In this document: positions 1 through 8,735 of the stretch, piece by piece
How the letters are laid out: every line of letters begins with the position of its first letter
Numbering within the stretch: the stretch's first letter is position 1
Source: Candidatus Undinarchaeota archaeon
GTDB lineage: Archaea; Undinarchaeota; Undinarchaeia; Undinarchaeales; UBA543
Direction of reading: 5' to 3'
NCBI GenBank assembly: GCA_964636545.1
Contig: CAZWSR010000006.1
Span: 1-46,028 of the forward strand
Length of the DNA: 46,028 nt
Program-made: the position numbers and the translations under genes
Notes under the pieces: model-generated
The model's input: the letters and a program-made list of their open reading frames with translations, nothing else
Database searches by the model: none
What the model was told of the DNA's origin: nothing

Positions 1-283
1 AAAGAGTAAGTAGAGCATCTTGTAAAATCTGTTCAAAAACTTTTGGCTGCATTGGAATGCAATATGGAGAAGTCCAGTCAATTGTTTTCTCAGATTCCGG
101 GTTTTTCACAATGTATGTGTCCTTTGGACTCCGGCCAGTGGATTCAGGTGGAGTGAAAGTTGCAAGTGCTCCGCATTTTGAGATTTTTGCTTCCTTGCGG
201 TTTACAGAGTCCTGGATAAGCGATTTTCTAGAAGGATTGAGCCTGATGTTTGAGTGAGTTTGCAGGAGCTCACTGATTTTCAT
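1..283 (-). CDS. pckA: Phosphoenolpyruvate carboxykinase (ATP-type), N-terminal part; runs off the window
   Basis: Not in the ORF track. Manual translation from ATG at 283: MKISELLQTHSNIRLNPSRKSLIQDSVNRKEAKISKCGALATFTPPESTGRSPKDTYIVKNPESEKTIDW. The TGRSPKD motif is typical of ATP-dependent PEPCK. Confidence 0.85.
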   Translation of the reverse strand, partial: MKISELLQTHSNIRLNPSRKSLIQDSVNRKEAKISKCGALATFTPPESTGRSPKDTYIVKNPESEKTIDWTSPYCIPMQPKVFEQILQDALLTL

Positions 284-335
284 ACTAGTAAATAGTTGCA
301 GAGCATATTTAAAACCTTACAAACTATTAAAATCC

Positions 336-1511
336 ATGATTTGCGCAAATCCGCGCTGTGAGCATATAAAATACGCTATCCGCGACATTATTGCTCCAGC
401 TGAGGAACTTGAAAAACAGGGTAAGAAAATCTTGAAACTGAATATTGGCGACCCTGACCAGTTTGATTTTGATACTCCAGATTTTATTAAAGATGCATTA
501 ATTGAAGCAGTTAAAGATCACACAAATAATGGTTATACTGCAAGTGCTGGGTCTAAAATGCTTAGAAACGCAATTGCGGCTCGAGAGAAAAGATTCAAGG
601 GAGTTGACCTTGATCCTGACAAGATTATTGTTACAAATGGTGTTTCTGAGGGGCTAATGTTCCTATTCTGCGCACTTGTTGGCAAAGGCGATGAAGTGCT
701 GATTCCAGGACCAAGTTACCCACCTTATACTTCTTATGTGAAAATGCTAGGTGCAAAACCAGTTGAGTACAAATGTGATGAGGAGAATGGATGGCAGCCA
801 GATGTTGATGATATTGCAAGTAAAATTACTGACAAGACCCGTGGTTTTGTGAGTATTAATCCAAATAATCCAACTGGAGCACTTGCTGATGAGAAAACAT
901 TGAAGAAAATGGTTGATGTGCTTGCACCAACTGGTATTCCAATAATTTCTGATGAGATTTATGATTTAATGACTTTCAAGGAGCCAGCGCATATGAGCTC
1001 AGTTGCAAAAGATGTTCCACTGATTTTGCTTAATGGAATGTCAAAAGTTTATTTGTCACCAGGCTGGAGAATTGGTTCAATGGCTTTCAGAGGCGGTTGT
1101 GATGAGATTTTTGAAGCTTGTATGAAGCAGGCACGGATTCGGTTGTGTGCTAATGGACCTGCTCAGTTTGCTTATGCAAAAGCATTGGAAAGTGATCATA
1201 GTCATATTAAACCAACAATTGAGAAATTGCGGGAGCGGAGAGATTTTGCTTACAAAAGATTAAATGAGATTGATGGATTGTCAGCTGCAAAACCAGAAGG
1301 AGCATTTTATATTTTCCCAAAAATTGAGAATAACAAATATAAAGATGATAAAGAATGGGTTTTGGAATTATTGAAACAGAAACAAGTGCTGACTGTATTC
1401 GGTTCTGGATTTGGACAAGAATATGGAACAGGGCATTTTAGAATTGTTTATTTGCCTAAGATGAAAGTTTTGGAAGAGGCGTTTGGAAAGATTGAGGAGT
1501 TTATGAAATAA
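336..1511 (+). CDS. PLP-dependent class I/II aminotransferase, alanine aminotransferase-like
   Basis: YAIRD, LNIGDP, INPNNPTG, ISDEIYD and SKVYLSPGWRIG motifs. Confidence 0.9.
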   Translation: MICANPRCEHIKYAIRDIIAPAEELEKQGKKILKLNIGDPDQFDFDTPDFIKDALIEAVKDHTNNGYTASAGSKMLRNAIAAREKRFKGVDLDPDKIIVTNGVSEGLMFLFCALVGKGDEVLIPGPSYPPYTSYVKMLGAKPVEYKCDEENGWQPDVDDIASKITDKTRGFVSINPNNPTGALADEKTLKKMVDVLAPTGIPIISDEIYDLMTFKEPAHMSSVAKDVPLILLNGMSKVYLSPGWRIGSMAFRGGCDEIFEACMKQARIRLCANGPAQFAYAKALESDHSHIKPTIEKLRERRDFAYKRLNEIDGLSAAKPEGAFYIFPKIENNKYKDDKEWVLELLKQKQVLTVFGSGFGQEYGTGHFRIVYLPKMKVLEEAFGKIEEFMK

Positions 1512-1512
1512 T

Positions 1513-2504
1513 TTATTTCAACAACGGAATTTTAGTTCTATCAAGAATCTTCTTCTGAATTCCCTTCAATTCCTCATCTGTTAAATGCTTAAACCTCTTC
1601 TGCGGTTTCAAATATAATTCAACTGGCTTTAATTGCCCTGGCTTGAATGTGTCTTTCCGCACTCCGTTTTCAATTTCAAATAAACCCCACAGTCCAGTTT
1701 CAACAGCTAATCTAGAAAGTTCAATTGATAATGCAGGATCATAGCCCCATCCAGGAACGCATGGTGAAATAACATCAATAAATCTGAAACCTTTCATTGA
1801 CTTTGCTTTTTCTACTTTAGCTTTGAAATCAGGCAGATAAGCAATACTTGCAGAAGCTGAATAAGGAATTCCATGAGCTGCGCAAATTTCAACAATTGGT
1901 TTCTTTGGCATCATTTTTCCGTGGATCTTGCATCCAACTGGTGAAGTTGTTGTTTTTGCTAATGGCGGAGTTGCACTTGAGCGCTGAACACCAGTATTCA
2001 TGTAAGCTTCATTATCATAGCAAATGTAAATTATGTCTTCATTTCTCTCCATTGCACCAGACATTGCACCAAAACCAATATCGTAAGTTGAGCCGTCTCC
2101 TGCAATTATTACAACTTGAGTATGATCATTTCCCATTGCTCTCAAAGCTCGGACAACACCTGTTGCAACAGCTGGAGTATTTTCAAAAAGCGAGTGGATG
2201 TATGGGGTTTTGAACGCACTTCTTGGGTACTGAGATGAAATAATTTCAGAACAGCTAGTTGCATTTACAACAATTGTATCTGGACCAAGCACATCAAGAA
2301 CATGTCGAATTATAATTGGCATTGGACATCCAGCGCATGCTGTGTGGCCAGAGCAGAATAGGTTTGGGGTTTGAGGTTTGGGGTTTGAGGTTTGGGGTTT
2401 GAGGTTTGGGGTTTGAGGTTTGGGGTTTGAGGTTGGAGGTTGGAGGTTTTTGGGTTCGCCTCCACGCCGCCCCGGTGCCCAGGTGCCCCCGTGTTTATAC
2501 CCAT
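1513..2504 (-). CDS. porB: Pyruvate/2-oxoacid:ferredoxin oxidoreductase beta subunit; frame disrupted by a tandem repeat near the 5' end
   Basis: GDG...YDNEAYMNTG TPP-binding motif. The conserved LFCSGHTACAGCP lies upstream of and in frame with the ATG at 2322 but has no in-frame start. The ATG at 2504 (GGTGA SD, overlapping the porA stop) is 182 nt upstream, so it is out of frame. Confidence 0.85.
2361..2450. repeat. Heptamer tandem array: (GGTTTGGGGTTTGA)x5 then GGTTGGA x2
   Basis: Five perfect 14-bp units at 2361-2430 followed by degenerate 7-mers. Confidence 0.97.
2458..2489 (-). repeat. GC-rich octamer tract (GGGGCACC TGGGCACC GGGGCGGC GTGGAGGC)
   Basis: 8-nt periodicity; shares unit types with 45765-45796 and 26610-26641. 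Confidence 0.8.
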
Positions 2505-3628
2505 TCCTTACTCACCCCCTTCTTTAATTTTCCAAACAAGTCTTTCAAATTATCAACTGTAACATCTTTTCCACCAAGTCCGCCAACAAAAGATGACAAC
2601 TGCGGCTTGGTTTTGCAATTTGTTATTGCTTCTGAAACATCACCATAAACTGGCGGAATTGCCCCCATACTGTATGCTTTTTCAAAAACACCAACGCCCT
2701 TTTTGCCATCTAGTGCTTTGGCAATATCTTCAGCAGGGAAAGGTCTGTAACAACGAATCCGAAGTACACCAACTTTCTCGCCAGCTTCTCGCAATTCATC
2801 AGCTGCATCCTTTGCATTTCCAGCAGCACTGCCCATTGAAATTAAAACATAATCAGCATCTTTAGTATTGTATTCTTCAATTAAACCATTTCCATATTTC
2901 CGACCAAATTGTTTTGAAAATTCATCATGAATTTGCTTGATAGTGGTTTGAGAAGCAATTAAATCATCATGAACATCCTTTCGGAAGTCCTGATAATATT
3001 TTGGAAATGCATACGCACCCATTGTAAGTGGATTTTTAGTATCTAGCTTAACTGCTGAAACTCTTTTAGGCAAGAATTTCTGCACTTCATTCATTTCAGG
3101 AATATCTAATGGCTCAACAGAGTGAGTCAAGTAGAATCCATCCATTCCAACAATTGCAGGCAGATTAACTGCTTCTGAAATTTTGAAAGCCTGAATTGAC
3201 AAATCAACTGCTTCTTGATTATTCTCAGCATAAAACTGCAAACATCCAGAATCTCGCTCTGCAATGCTGTCCTGCCAATCATTCCAAATACTCAACGGTG
3301 CTGACAAAGATCGGTTTCCAACCATAATTAGCATAGGTAATCGCATACCAGCTGCGCAAAATAATGATTCATGCATGTAAGCTAATCCCTGGGAAGCAGT
3401 AATTGTAACAGCACGTCCGCCAGCTGCACTTGCCCCAATTAATGCTGCAATTGAAGAAATTTCAGCTTCTGTATTAACATAAGATTTGAGTTCGCCATTT
3501 GCAAAAAATTCTGAAAGGTGTTCGCCAATGTGCGTACTTGGAGTAATTGGATAACAAGCTGCAACATCTGGTTCGCAGTTTTTAATTGCTTCTGCAACTG
3601 CTATTGAACCTTCTAGTGTTTTTTTCAT
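2495..3628 (-). CDS. porA: Pyruvate/2-oxoacid:ferredoxin oxidoreductase alpha subunit
   Basis: YPITPST, TASQGL and NRSLSAP motifs. Start moved to MKKTLEG at 3628, coupled to the porD stop. Confidence 0.93.
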   Translation of the reverse strand: MKKTLEGSIAVAEAIKNCEPDVAACYPITPSTHIGEHLSEFFANGELKSYVNTEAEISSIAALIGASAAGGRAVTITASQGLAYMHESLFCAAGMRLPMLIMVGNRSLSAPLSIWNDWQDSIAERDSGCLQFYAENNQEAVDLSIQAFKISEAVNLPAIVGMDGFYLTHSVEPLDIPEMNEVQKFLPKRVSAVKLDTKNPLTMGAYAFPKYYQDFRKDVHDDLIASQTTIKQIHDEFSKQFGRKYGNGLIEEYNTKDADYVLISMGSAAGNAKDAADELREAGEKVGVLRIRCYRPFPAEDIAKALDGKKGVGVFEKAYSMGAIPPVYGDVSEAITNCKTKPQLSSFVGGLGGKDVTVDNLKDLFGKLKKGVSKEWV

Positions 3629-3879
3629 TTCTTGACCTCCAAAGACATTGTAATTGCTTTTGATGGACATTCTCTTGCGCAAATTCCACATCCTTTGCAG
3701 TAATTATAATCAATAATTGCTCCAGTTTTTGGATCAATATTAATGCAACCTTCTGGACAAAAATTTGCACAAATCCCACATTTTGTACATTTTGAATAAT
3801 CAATAGTTGGTTTGTAAGTTCGCCAGCTACCGGTTTTATTTGCCACACTTGTTCCTGGTTTTGCATTTGGCGGATTCAT
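3625..3879 (-). CDS. porD: POR delta subunit (2x[4Fe-4S] ferredoxin)
   Basis: KTGSWR, CTKCGICANFCP and YCKGCGICARECP. Start at MNPP (3879). Confidence 0.93.
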   Translation of the reverse strand: MNPPNAKPGTSVANKTGSWRTYKPTIDYSKCTKCGICANFCPEGCINIDPKTGAIIDYNYCKGCGICARECPSKAITMSLEVKK

Positions 3880-4394
3880 TTTTTCACCCCAGCATAACAC
3901 TCTTCAAGAGCTTTCACATTTGATTCTCCAAATTTCTCAAGAACTGCTTGCTTTAAGGAATCTAATTTAACAACATTTGTAACTTTTGCAAAAGCACCAA
4001 GCATTGCAGTATTTACAATTGGTTTTTTAAGATGTTTAATTGCGATTTCAGTTGCATCAACATAATGAACACTGTCTGATTTCAAATTAGGACAAGTATT
4101 ACAATTCACAACAGCGTGGCCACCTTGCTTCAAACCAGAAACAACATCAACATCTTTAATCAAACTTGAATCCAAAACAACAACTGTGTCTGGCTCATAA
4201 ACATTCTGGTAAGATCGGAATGGTTTATCAGAAATTCTGCAAAATGCTTGTACTGGCGCACCTCGCCTTTCAACACCAAAGAATGGAAAAGCTCGAGAAT
4301 ATTTTCCTTCATGGCCTGCAGCAACAGCTAGCAAATTAGCAGCAGTAACAGCCCCTTGCCCACCTCGGCCGTGAAAACGGACTTCGTAAATCAT
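3876..4394 (-). CDS. porG: POR gamma subunit
   Basis: EVRFHGRGGQGAVT and FGVERRGAPV. Start at MIYEV (4394). Confidence 0.93.
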   Translation of the reverse strand: MIYEVRFHGRGGQGAVTAANLLAVAAGHEGKYSRAFPFFGVERRGAPVQAFCRISDKPFRSYQNVYEPDTVVVLDSSLIKDVDVVSGLKQGGHAVVNCNTCPNLKSDSVHYVDATEIAIKHLKKPIVNTAMLGAFAKVTNVVKLDSLKQAVLEKFGESNVKALEECYAGVKK

Positions 4395-4447
4395 AATAGC
4401 AAGATACAAGAATTTAGTATTTAAGTATTGTTAATAGAAAATCTGAA

Positions 4448-4515
4448 CAGTAGTGGCACTGGGCAGTGGAAATTTACTGCTGCCCACTACCCACTACCAA
4501 CTGCCTGAACCAATT
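4448..4515 (+). repeat. Heptamer palindrome element (GGCAGTG/CACTACC type) plus TGAACCAATT anchor
   Basis: Right arm tgctgcc cactacc cactacc aactgcc, then tgaaccaatt. The left arm is a degenerate complement. Confidence 0.8.
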
Positions 4516-4553
4516 GGATTAACTTTAAATACAGATACTTCCTACCGCAGATT

Positions 4554-5114
4554 ATGAAAACCAAAATAATTCTTTTAACATTAATACTACTAACAGCTGT
4601 TTTAGTTGCTGGTTGCACGCAAGTTCCAGCAAAAGAACAGGAACTTCCAGAAACTACAGAACCAGTGGATGAACCAATTGATGAAGTACAAGTAGAACCA
4701 GAACCAATTATGGGAACAGACTGTGTAGTTGATACAGACTGTGACGATGATGATTATTGTACAACAGAAGCTTGTCTTAGTGGAGAATGTGTTAACACTT
4801 TGATAACTGGATGTATTTCAAAAAAGAATTTAGAACCGTACTTAGTTGCAGTAAATCTTGGAGATGATGAATGGATAGAACTCTACTCTGAGCAATACCG
4901 AGTTGACTTTTGGACAATCCAGAACCAGAATGGTACAGTATTTTACGAATTCCCAGACACTTTCACAATTAATAATAAATTAAGAATATACACTGAAAAT
5001 GGATTTGCAACAACAACAGAGTGGTATTTGTTTGAGAAAGATTTCTGGAATGAGGGCGACACAGTTTACCTGAAGAATGTTGATGGCGAAGTAATTAGTG
5101 AAATGAAAGGGTAG
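4554..5114 (+). CDS. Putative lipoprotein with a Cys/Asp-rich module and a lamin-tail-like domain
   Basis: LVAGC lipobox, acidic Pro-rich linker, CVVDTDCDDDDYCTTEAC, and EWIELY...WNEGDTVYLKN resembling an LTD. Confidence 0.65.
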   Translation: MKTKIILLTLILLTAVLVAGCTQVPAKEQELPETTEPVDEPIDEVQVEPEPIMGTDCVVDTDCDDDDYCTTEACLSGECVNTLITGCISKKNLEPYLVAVNLGDDEWIELYSEQYRVDFWTIQNQNGTVFYEFPDTFTINNKLRIYTENGFATTTEWYLFEKDFWNEGDTVYLKNVDGEVISEMKG

Positions 5115-5200
5115 TTGGTGAAATTGGTTCGGAATTTAGAGTTTGGAGTGTGGAATTTAGAATAGATTCTAAACTCTAAATACTAAACTCCAAATTCCAC
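5115..5200 (-). repeat. Heptamer palindrome element (GGAATTT/AAATTCC type) plus GAACCAATTTCACCAA anchor
   Basis: ggaattt agagttt ggagtgt ggaattt agaatag / attctaa actctaa atactaa actccaa attccac, abutting ttggtgaaattggttc. Confidence 0.85.
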
Positions 5201-5211
5201 ATAAAAAATAG

Positions 5212-5293
5212 CGCCGAGACCAGGATTTGAACCTGGAATCCCAAGGGGACTGGTTTTCGAGACCAGCGCAATACCAGATTATGCAATCTCGGC
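5212..5293 (-). tRNA. tRNA-Ser (anticodon CGA), CCA not encoded
   Basis: Acceptor GCCGAGA/TCTCGGC with discriminator G, anticodon arm CTGGT-CTCGAAA-ACCAG, long variable arm, T-loop GTTCAAATC. Confidence 0.95.
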
Positions 5294-5391
5294 ATATTTT
5301 AATACACGGAGCCCCTGCGCCCCGGATACATGATATTAAACACCTCAATAAAACAATAAACAACTCAAATAAAATAATAAAATAACCAATA

Positions 5392-5553
5392 CTATTTCTT
5401 CTTCTTCGAACGCAGACGAGTATAATGGCACTCTCTGCATTTGGCCTTTCCCAATCTAATGCGTCTCTTATCCACGCGGTTTAATGCATTACATTTTAAA
5501 CAGACATACACATTTTCAAACAAACGTGCTTCTGCTTCTGGAAATTTTGCCAT
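5392..5553 (-). CDS. rpl40e: 50S ribosomal protein L40e
   Basis: Below the ORF-track cutoff. [53 protein letters not shown], a Zn-ribbon CxxC...CxxC. Confidence 0.93.
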   Translation of the reverse strand: MAKFPEAEARLFENVYVCLKCNALNRVDKRRIRLGKAKCRECHYTRLRSKKKK

Positions 5554-5590
5554 TGTAGTACTCCGTTAGATAATATACTGTATTTATAAA

Positions 5591-5676
5591 GTTTGTCCTA
5601 TCGATTAAGGCAGTGGGTGGTGGGCACTAGGCAGTGGGCCAGACCTACTACCCACTACCTACTACCTAGTGCCTTA
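5591..5676 (-). repeat. Heptamer palindrome element (GGCAGTG/CACTACC type) plus variant anchor AATCGATAGGACAAAC
   Basis: ggcagtg ggtggtg ggcacta ggcagtg / tactacc cactacc tactacc tagtgcc. The flank gtttgtcctatcgattaagg matches gtttgtcctattggttaagg at 32495. Confidence 0.85.
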
Positions 5677-5694
5677 TTAAATAAAATAACGAAA

Positions 5695-6126
5695 TTAAAC
5701 TGTAAATTTCTTAGCAGGCGAATTCTGCTCAACAATCCTATGTGAAGCATGAATAACTGCCTCATTAACTTGTTCAGAACCCCAGCCCCAATGCAGTAAA
5801 GCGTTTTTCAATTGAGTTGCTTGGTGCCCTTTTTTCATATTATGATAAACATAATGATATAATTCAAGTGATGAAACAACTTCTTTTACAAGCTTCTCAT
5901 TGTGGTTAGCATTAATCAGATTTTTCTTAATTGTTTTCAAGTTGCGACCTAAACGCAATTCGTGTTTAACATGCTGTTTTATTGTTTCTTTAGATTCCAG
6001 CATAAGACCATAACGATGATTTCTGCGCCAATTATAAACTGAATAACCGCCAGCAGCAGCTAAAGAAGCAGCAGATCCACCTAGAATAAGTTTTGCACTT
6101 GTATCTAATACAAACGGTAGCGCCAT
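5695..6126 (-). CDS. Hypothetical protein with an N-terminal hydrophobic segment and two short helical repeats
   Basis: ORF; probable start MALPF at 6126. Confidence 0.6.
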   Translation of the reverse strand: MALPFVLDTSAKLILGGSAASLAAAGGYSVYNWRRNHRYGLMLESKETIKQHVKHELRLGRNLKTIKKNLINANHNEKLVKEVVSSLELYHYVYHNMKKGHQATQLKNALLHWGWGSEQVNEAVIHASHRIVEQNSPAKKFTV

Positions 6127-6157
6127 AATAAAATAGTGGTGCATCTGCTATTTATAC

Positions 6158-7756
6158 TTATTTTTTAATGCATGCTTTAACAAAATGCACAAACAGCGGA
6201 GCTGGTGATTCAACTCTGGACTTGAATTCTGGATGCCCTTGTGTTGCAATAAAGAATGGATGATTTGGCAGTTCCAAGATTTCCATTATTGGAGAACCAG
6301 GAGCTTTTCCTGAAAACTTTAATCCATTTTTCTCAAGAACTTCAATATATTCTGGATTCAGCTCATAACGATGTCTATGCCTTTCATGAACTAGAGTTTT
6401 ACCATAAATCTTGTACGCAAGTGTGCCTTTTTCAATTTTGCATGGCCAGGAGCCAAGCCGCATTGTAGCACCCATATTGATTCCATCATATTGATCAGGT
6501 AGAATACAAATTATTGGATGTTTTGGATTTTTCTTAATTTCAACAGAATTTGCACCTTTTAGATTGCAAGCTTTTCTAGCAAAACCAACAGCTGCCATTT
6601 GGAAACCATAACATAATCCAAGAAACGGAATCTTGTTTTTCCTAGCATAATTTATTGCAGTGATTTTTCCTTCAGCTCCACGAGAACCAAAGCCACCAGG
6701 AACAAGCAAACCATCAACCTTGTCTAAAATGCGAACTTTGTTTTTGTCTTTTTCAAAATCAGTTGTTTCAATCCATTCAACCTCAACTTCACAATTATTC
6801 TCAGCACCAGCATGTTTGAGTGATTCTAAAATACTAACATAGGAATCAGAAAGAACAGTATACTTTCCAGCCATTGCAATTTTCACTTTCTTTTTTGGCT
6901 TAAGCATTCGGTTGACAATTTTCCGCCAGTCATTCATGTTCTTGTTGCCTTTCTTTTTCAAGCCAAATTTTTTCATTAACTTGCGGTCAAGACCTTCTTT
7001 TTTCAAAAGAAGTGGAACTTCATACAAGCTTTTGCAATCGGGATCTGAAATAACATGATCAGCATGAACATTGCAGAAATTTGCAATTTTTTCCTGAGTT
7101 TTCTTGTGCAATCGTTTTTCAGCTCTTGCAACAATGAAATCTGGCTGTATTCCTGCTTCTTGCAATCTCTGAACACTGTGCTGAGTTGGTTTTGTTTTCT
7201 GCTCACCAACAACACTTAGAGACGGAACTAAAGTAACATGAATAAATGCAACATTTTCATCACCATCTTTCAAGTGCATTTGTCGAACTGTTTCCAAGAA
7301 AGGCATGCTTTCAATATCTCCAACTGTTCCACCAAGCTCAATAATACAAATTTCAAAACCCTTTGCAGCCTTATGAATTTGATCGCGGATTTCGTGTGTA
7401 ACATGCGGAATTATTTGAACAGTTTTTCCAAGATAGTCACCTTTTCTCTCTTTGTCAATAACTGCTTTGTATGCCTTGCCAGTGGTGATGTTATTATTTC
7501 TTTTAAGATTGATACTCAAAAAGCGCTCGTAATTTCCCAAATCCATATCACATTCGCCACCATCATCAAGAACAAAAACCTCACCATGTTCAAATGGATT
7601 CATTGTACCAGCATCAACATTAATGTATGGATCAATTTTTACAATAGTAACTTTGTAGCCAGCTGCTTTTAGAAGACGCCCGATAGAAGAAGAGACAATA
7701 CCCTTACCAAGCCCGGAAATCACTCCGCCGGTAGTGATAATGTATTTTGTTTGCAT
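6158..7756 (-). CDS. pyrG: CTP synthase
   Basis: GGVISGLGKG, KIDPYINVDAGTM, GLCYG and ATQGHPEF. Confidence 0.97.
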   Translation of the reverse strand: MQTKYIITTGGVISGLGKGIVSSSIGRLLKAAGYKVTIVKIDPYINVDAGTMNPFEHGEVFVLDDGGECDMDLGNYERFLSINLKRNNNITTGKAYKAVIDKERKGDYLGKTVQIIPHVTHEIRDQIHKAAKGFEICIIELGGTVGDIESMPFLETVRQMHLKDGDENVAFIHVTLVPSLSVVGEQKTKPTQHSVQRLQEAGIQPDFIVARAEKRLHKKTQEKIANFCNVHADHVISDPDCKSLYEVPLLLKKEGLDRKLMKKFGLKKKGNKNMNDWRKIVNRMLKPKKKVKIAMAGKYTVLSDSYVSILESLKHAGAENNCEVEVEWIETTDFEKDKNKVRILDKVDGLLVPGGFGSRGAEGKITAINYARKNKIPFLGLCYGFQMAAVGFARKACNLKGANSVEIKKNPKHPIICILPDQYDGINMGATMRLGSWPCKIEKGTLAYKIYGKTLVHERHRHRYELNPEYIEVLEKNGLKFSGKAPGSPIMEILELPNHPFFIATQGHPEFKSRVESPAPLFVHFVKACIKK

Positions 7757-7830
7757 ACTGATGGGAGGTTAAGGTGGTATAAAAGCTTTACTCAAACCAA
7801 AACACTTATTTATACAAAATCTTTATCCCG

Positions 7831-8259
7831 ATGATGAGAGAAGAACAAATTCACAAAATTGAGACACATATTGCTGGCATTTGTATTAATGCAGATGGTA
7901 AAATTCTGATTGCAAAGCGCAATGCTGAGAGGAAGATTTATCCAAATATGTGGGAATGTGGTGGCGGCCAAGTGCATGCTGGCGAATGTTTTGAAGATGC
8001 TGTAAAACGACAATTAAAAGAAGAATTGGGCGTTATAATTGAACCAGAGAAAGTTTTAGGAATTTACAAAATACAAGTTCCAGATGAAGAGCAGAAAGTT
8101 ATTCCAGGTGTAAAATTCAAATGCAAAATAACAGGATTTGAAAATGGAAATGAACCAACCGCTTGCTCAGAATTTAGTGAATGGAAATTCATTGGAAAAG
8201 AAGAATTGGATAATTACGAATTTATTCCAGGGATAAAGGAAGATTTGTTGGGACTATAA
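7831..8259 (+). CDS. NUDIX hydrolase
   Basis: Variant Nudix box GGQVHAGECFEDAVKRQLKEELG. Confidence 0.85.
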   Translation: MMREEQIHKIETHIAGICINADGKILIAKRNAERKIYPNMWECGGGQVHAGECFEDAVKRQLKEELGVIIEPEKVLGIYKIQVPDEEQKVIPGVKFKCKITGFENGNEPTACSEFSEWKFIGKEELDNYEFIPGIKEDLLGL

Positions 8260-8735
8260 TGGAACATTCAACAAAAACAGGATTCAGTTTCGGAATCACA
8301 ACAGCAGTAATTACAACACTCGGGCTAATGGTTGGACTAAGTTCTGGAACAAATTCACAGCTCGCAGTTATTGGAGGAATTCTCACAATTGCAATTGCAG
8401 ATGCGTTTTCAGATGCATTGGGTATTCATATTTCAGAGGAATCAGAAGGTAAGCACACCCCAAAAGAGATCTGGACTAGTACTGGTGCAACTTTTCTGAC
8501 GAAGATAATTTTCGGGTTGTCATTCCTTGTGCCAGTTCTGATTTTCCAGCTCTCAACAGCAATTATTGTAAGCATTGTGTGGGGACTGTTGATTATGGGA
8601 GTTTTCAGTTTCTATCTTGCAAAACAAGAGAAAATAAAAGCATGGAGAGTAATTCTGGAACATCTATTAATTATGGCAGCAGTTATTGCAATAACCCATT
8701 ATCTTGGAATTGGAATTAAGATAATGTTTGGTTAA
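8259..8735 (+). CDS. VIT1/CCC1-like membrane protein (putative metal transporter)
   Basis: About five TM segments; IAIADAFSDALGIHISEESE. Confidence 0.7.
   Translation: MEHSTKTGFSFGITTAVITTLGLMVGLSSGTNSQLAVIGGILTIAIADAFSDALGIHISEESEGKHTPKEIWTSTGATFLTKIIFGLSFLVPVLIFQLSTAIIVSIVWGLLIMGVFSFYLAKQEKIKAWRVILEHLLIMAAVIAITHYLGIGIKIMFG

Noticed and set aside
57-257. 66-aa + strand ORF
   Set aside because: It is antisense to the pckA N-terminus, which carries the conserved motif.
2361-2430. Telomere-like or G-quadruplex reading of the G/T repeat
   Set aside because: The G-runs could fold, but the array is internal and fits the period-7 family. There is no independent evidence for such a role.
2310-2648. 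Track ORFs 2310-2504 (-) and 2406-2648 (+) as independent genes
   Set aside because: The first is the out-of-frame porB 5' end. The second is low-complexity translation of the repeat.
5169-5363. 64-aa minus-strand ORF
   Set aside because: It overlaps tRNA-Ser and a repeat element.
4448-5676. CRISPR array
   Set aside because: No constant 25-40 bp repeats with unique spacers and no cas genes.
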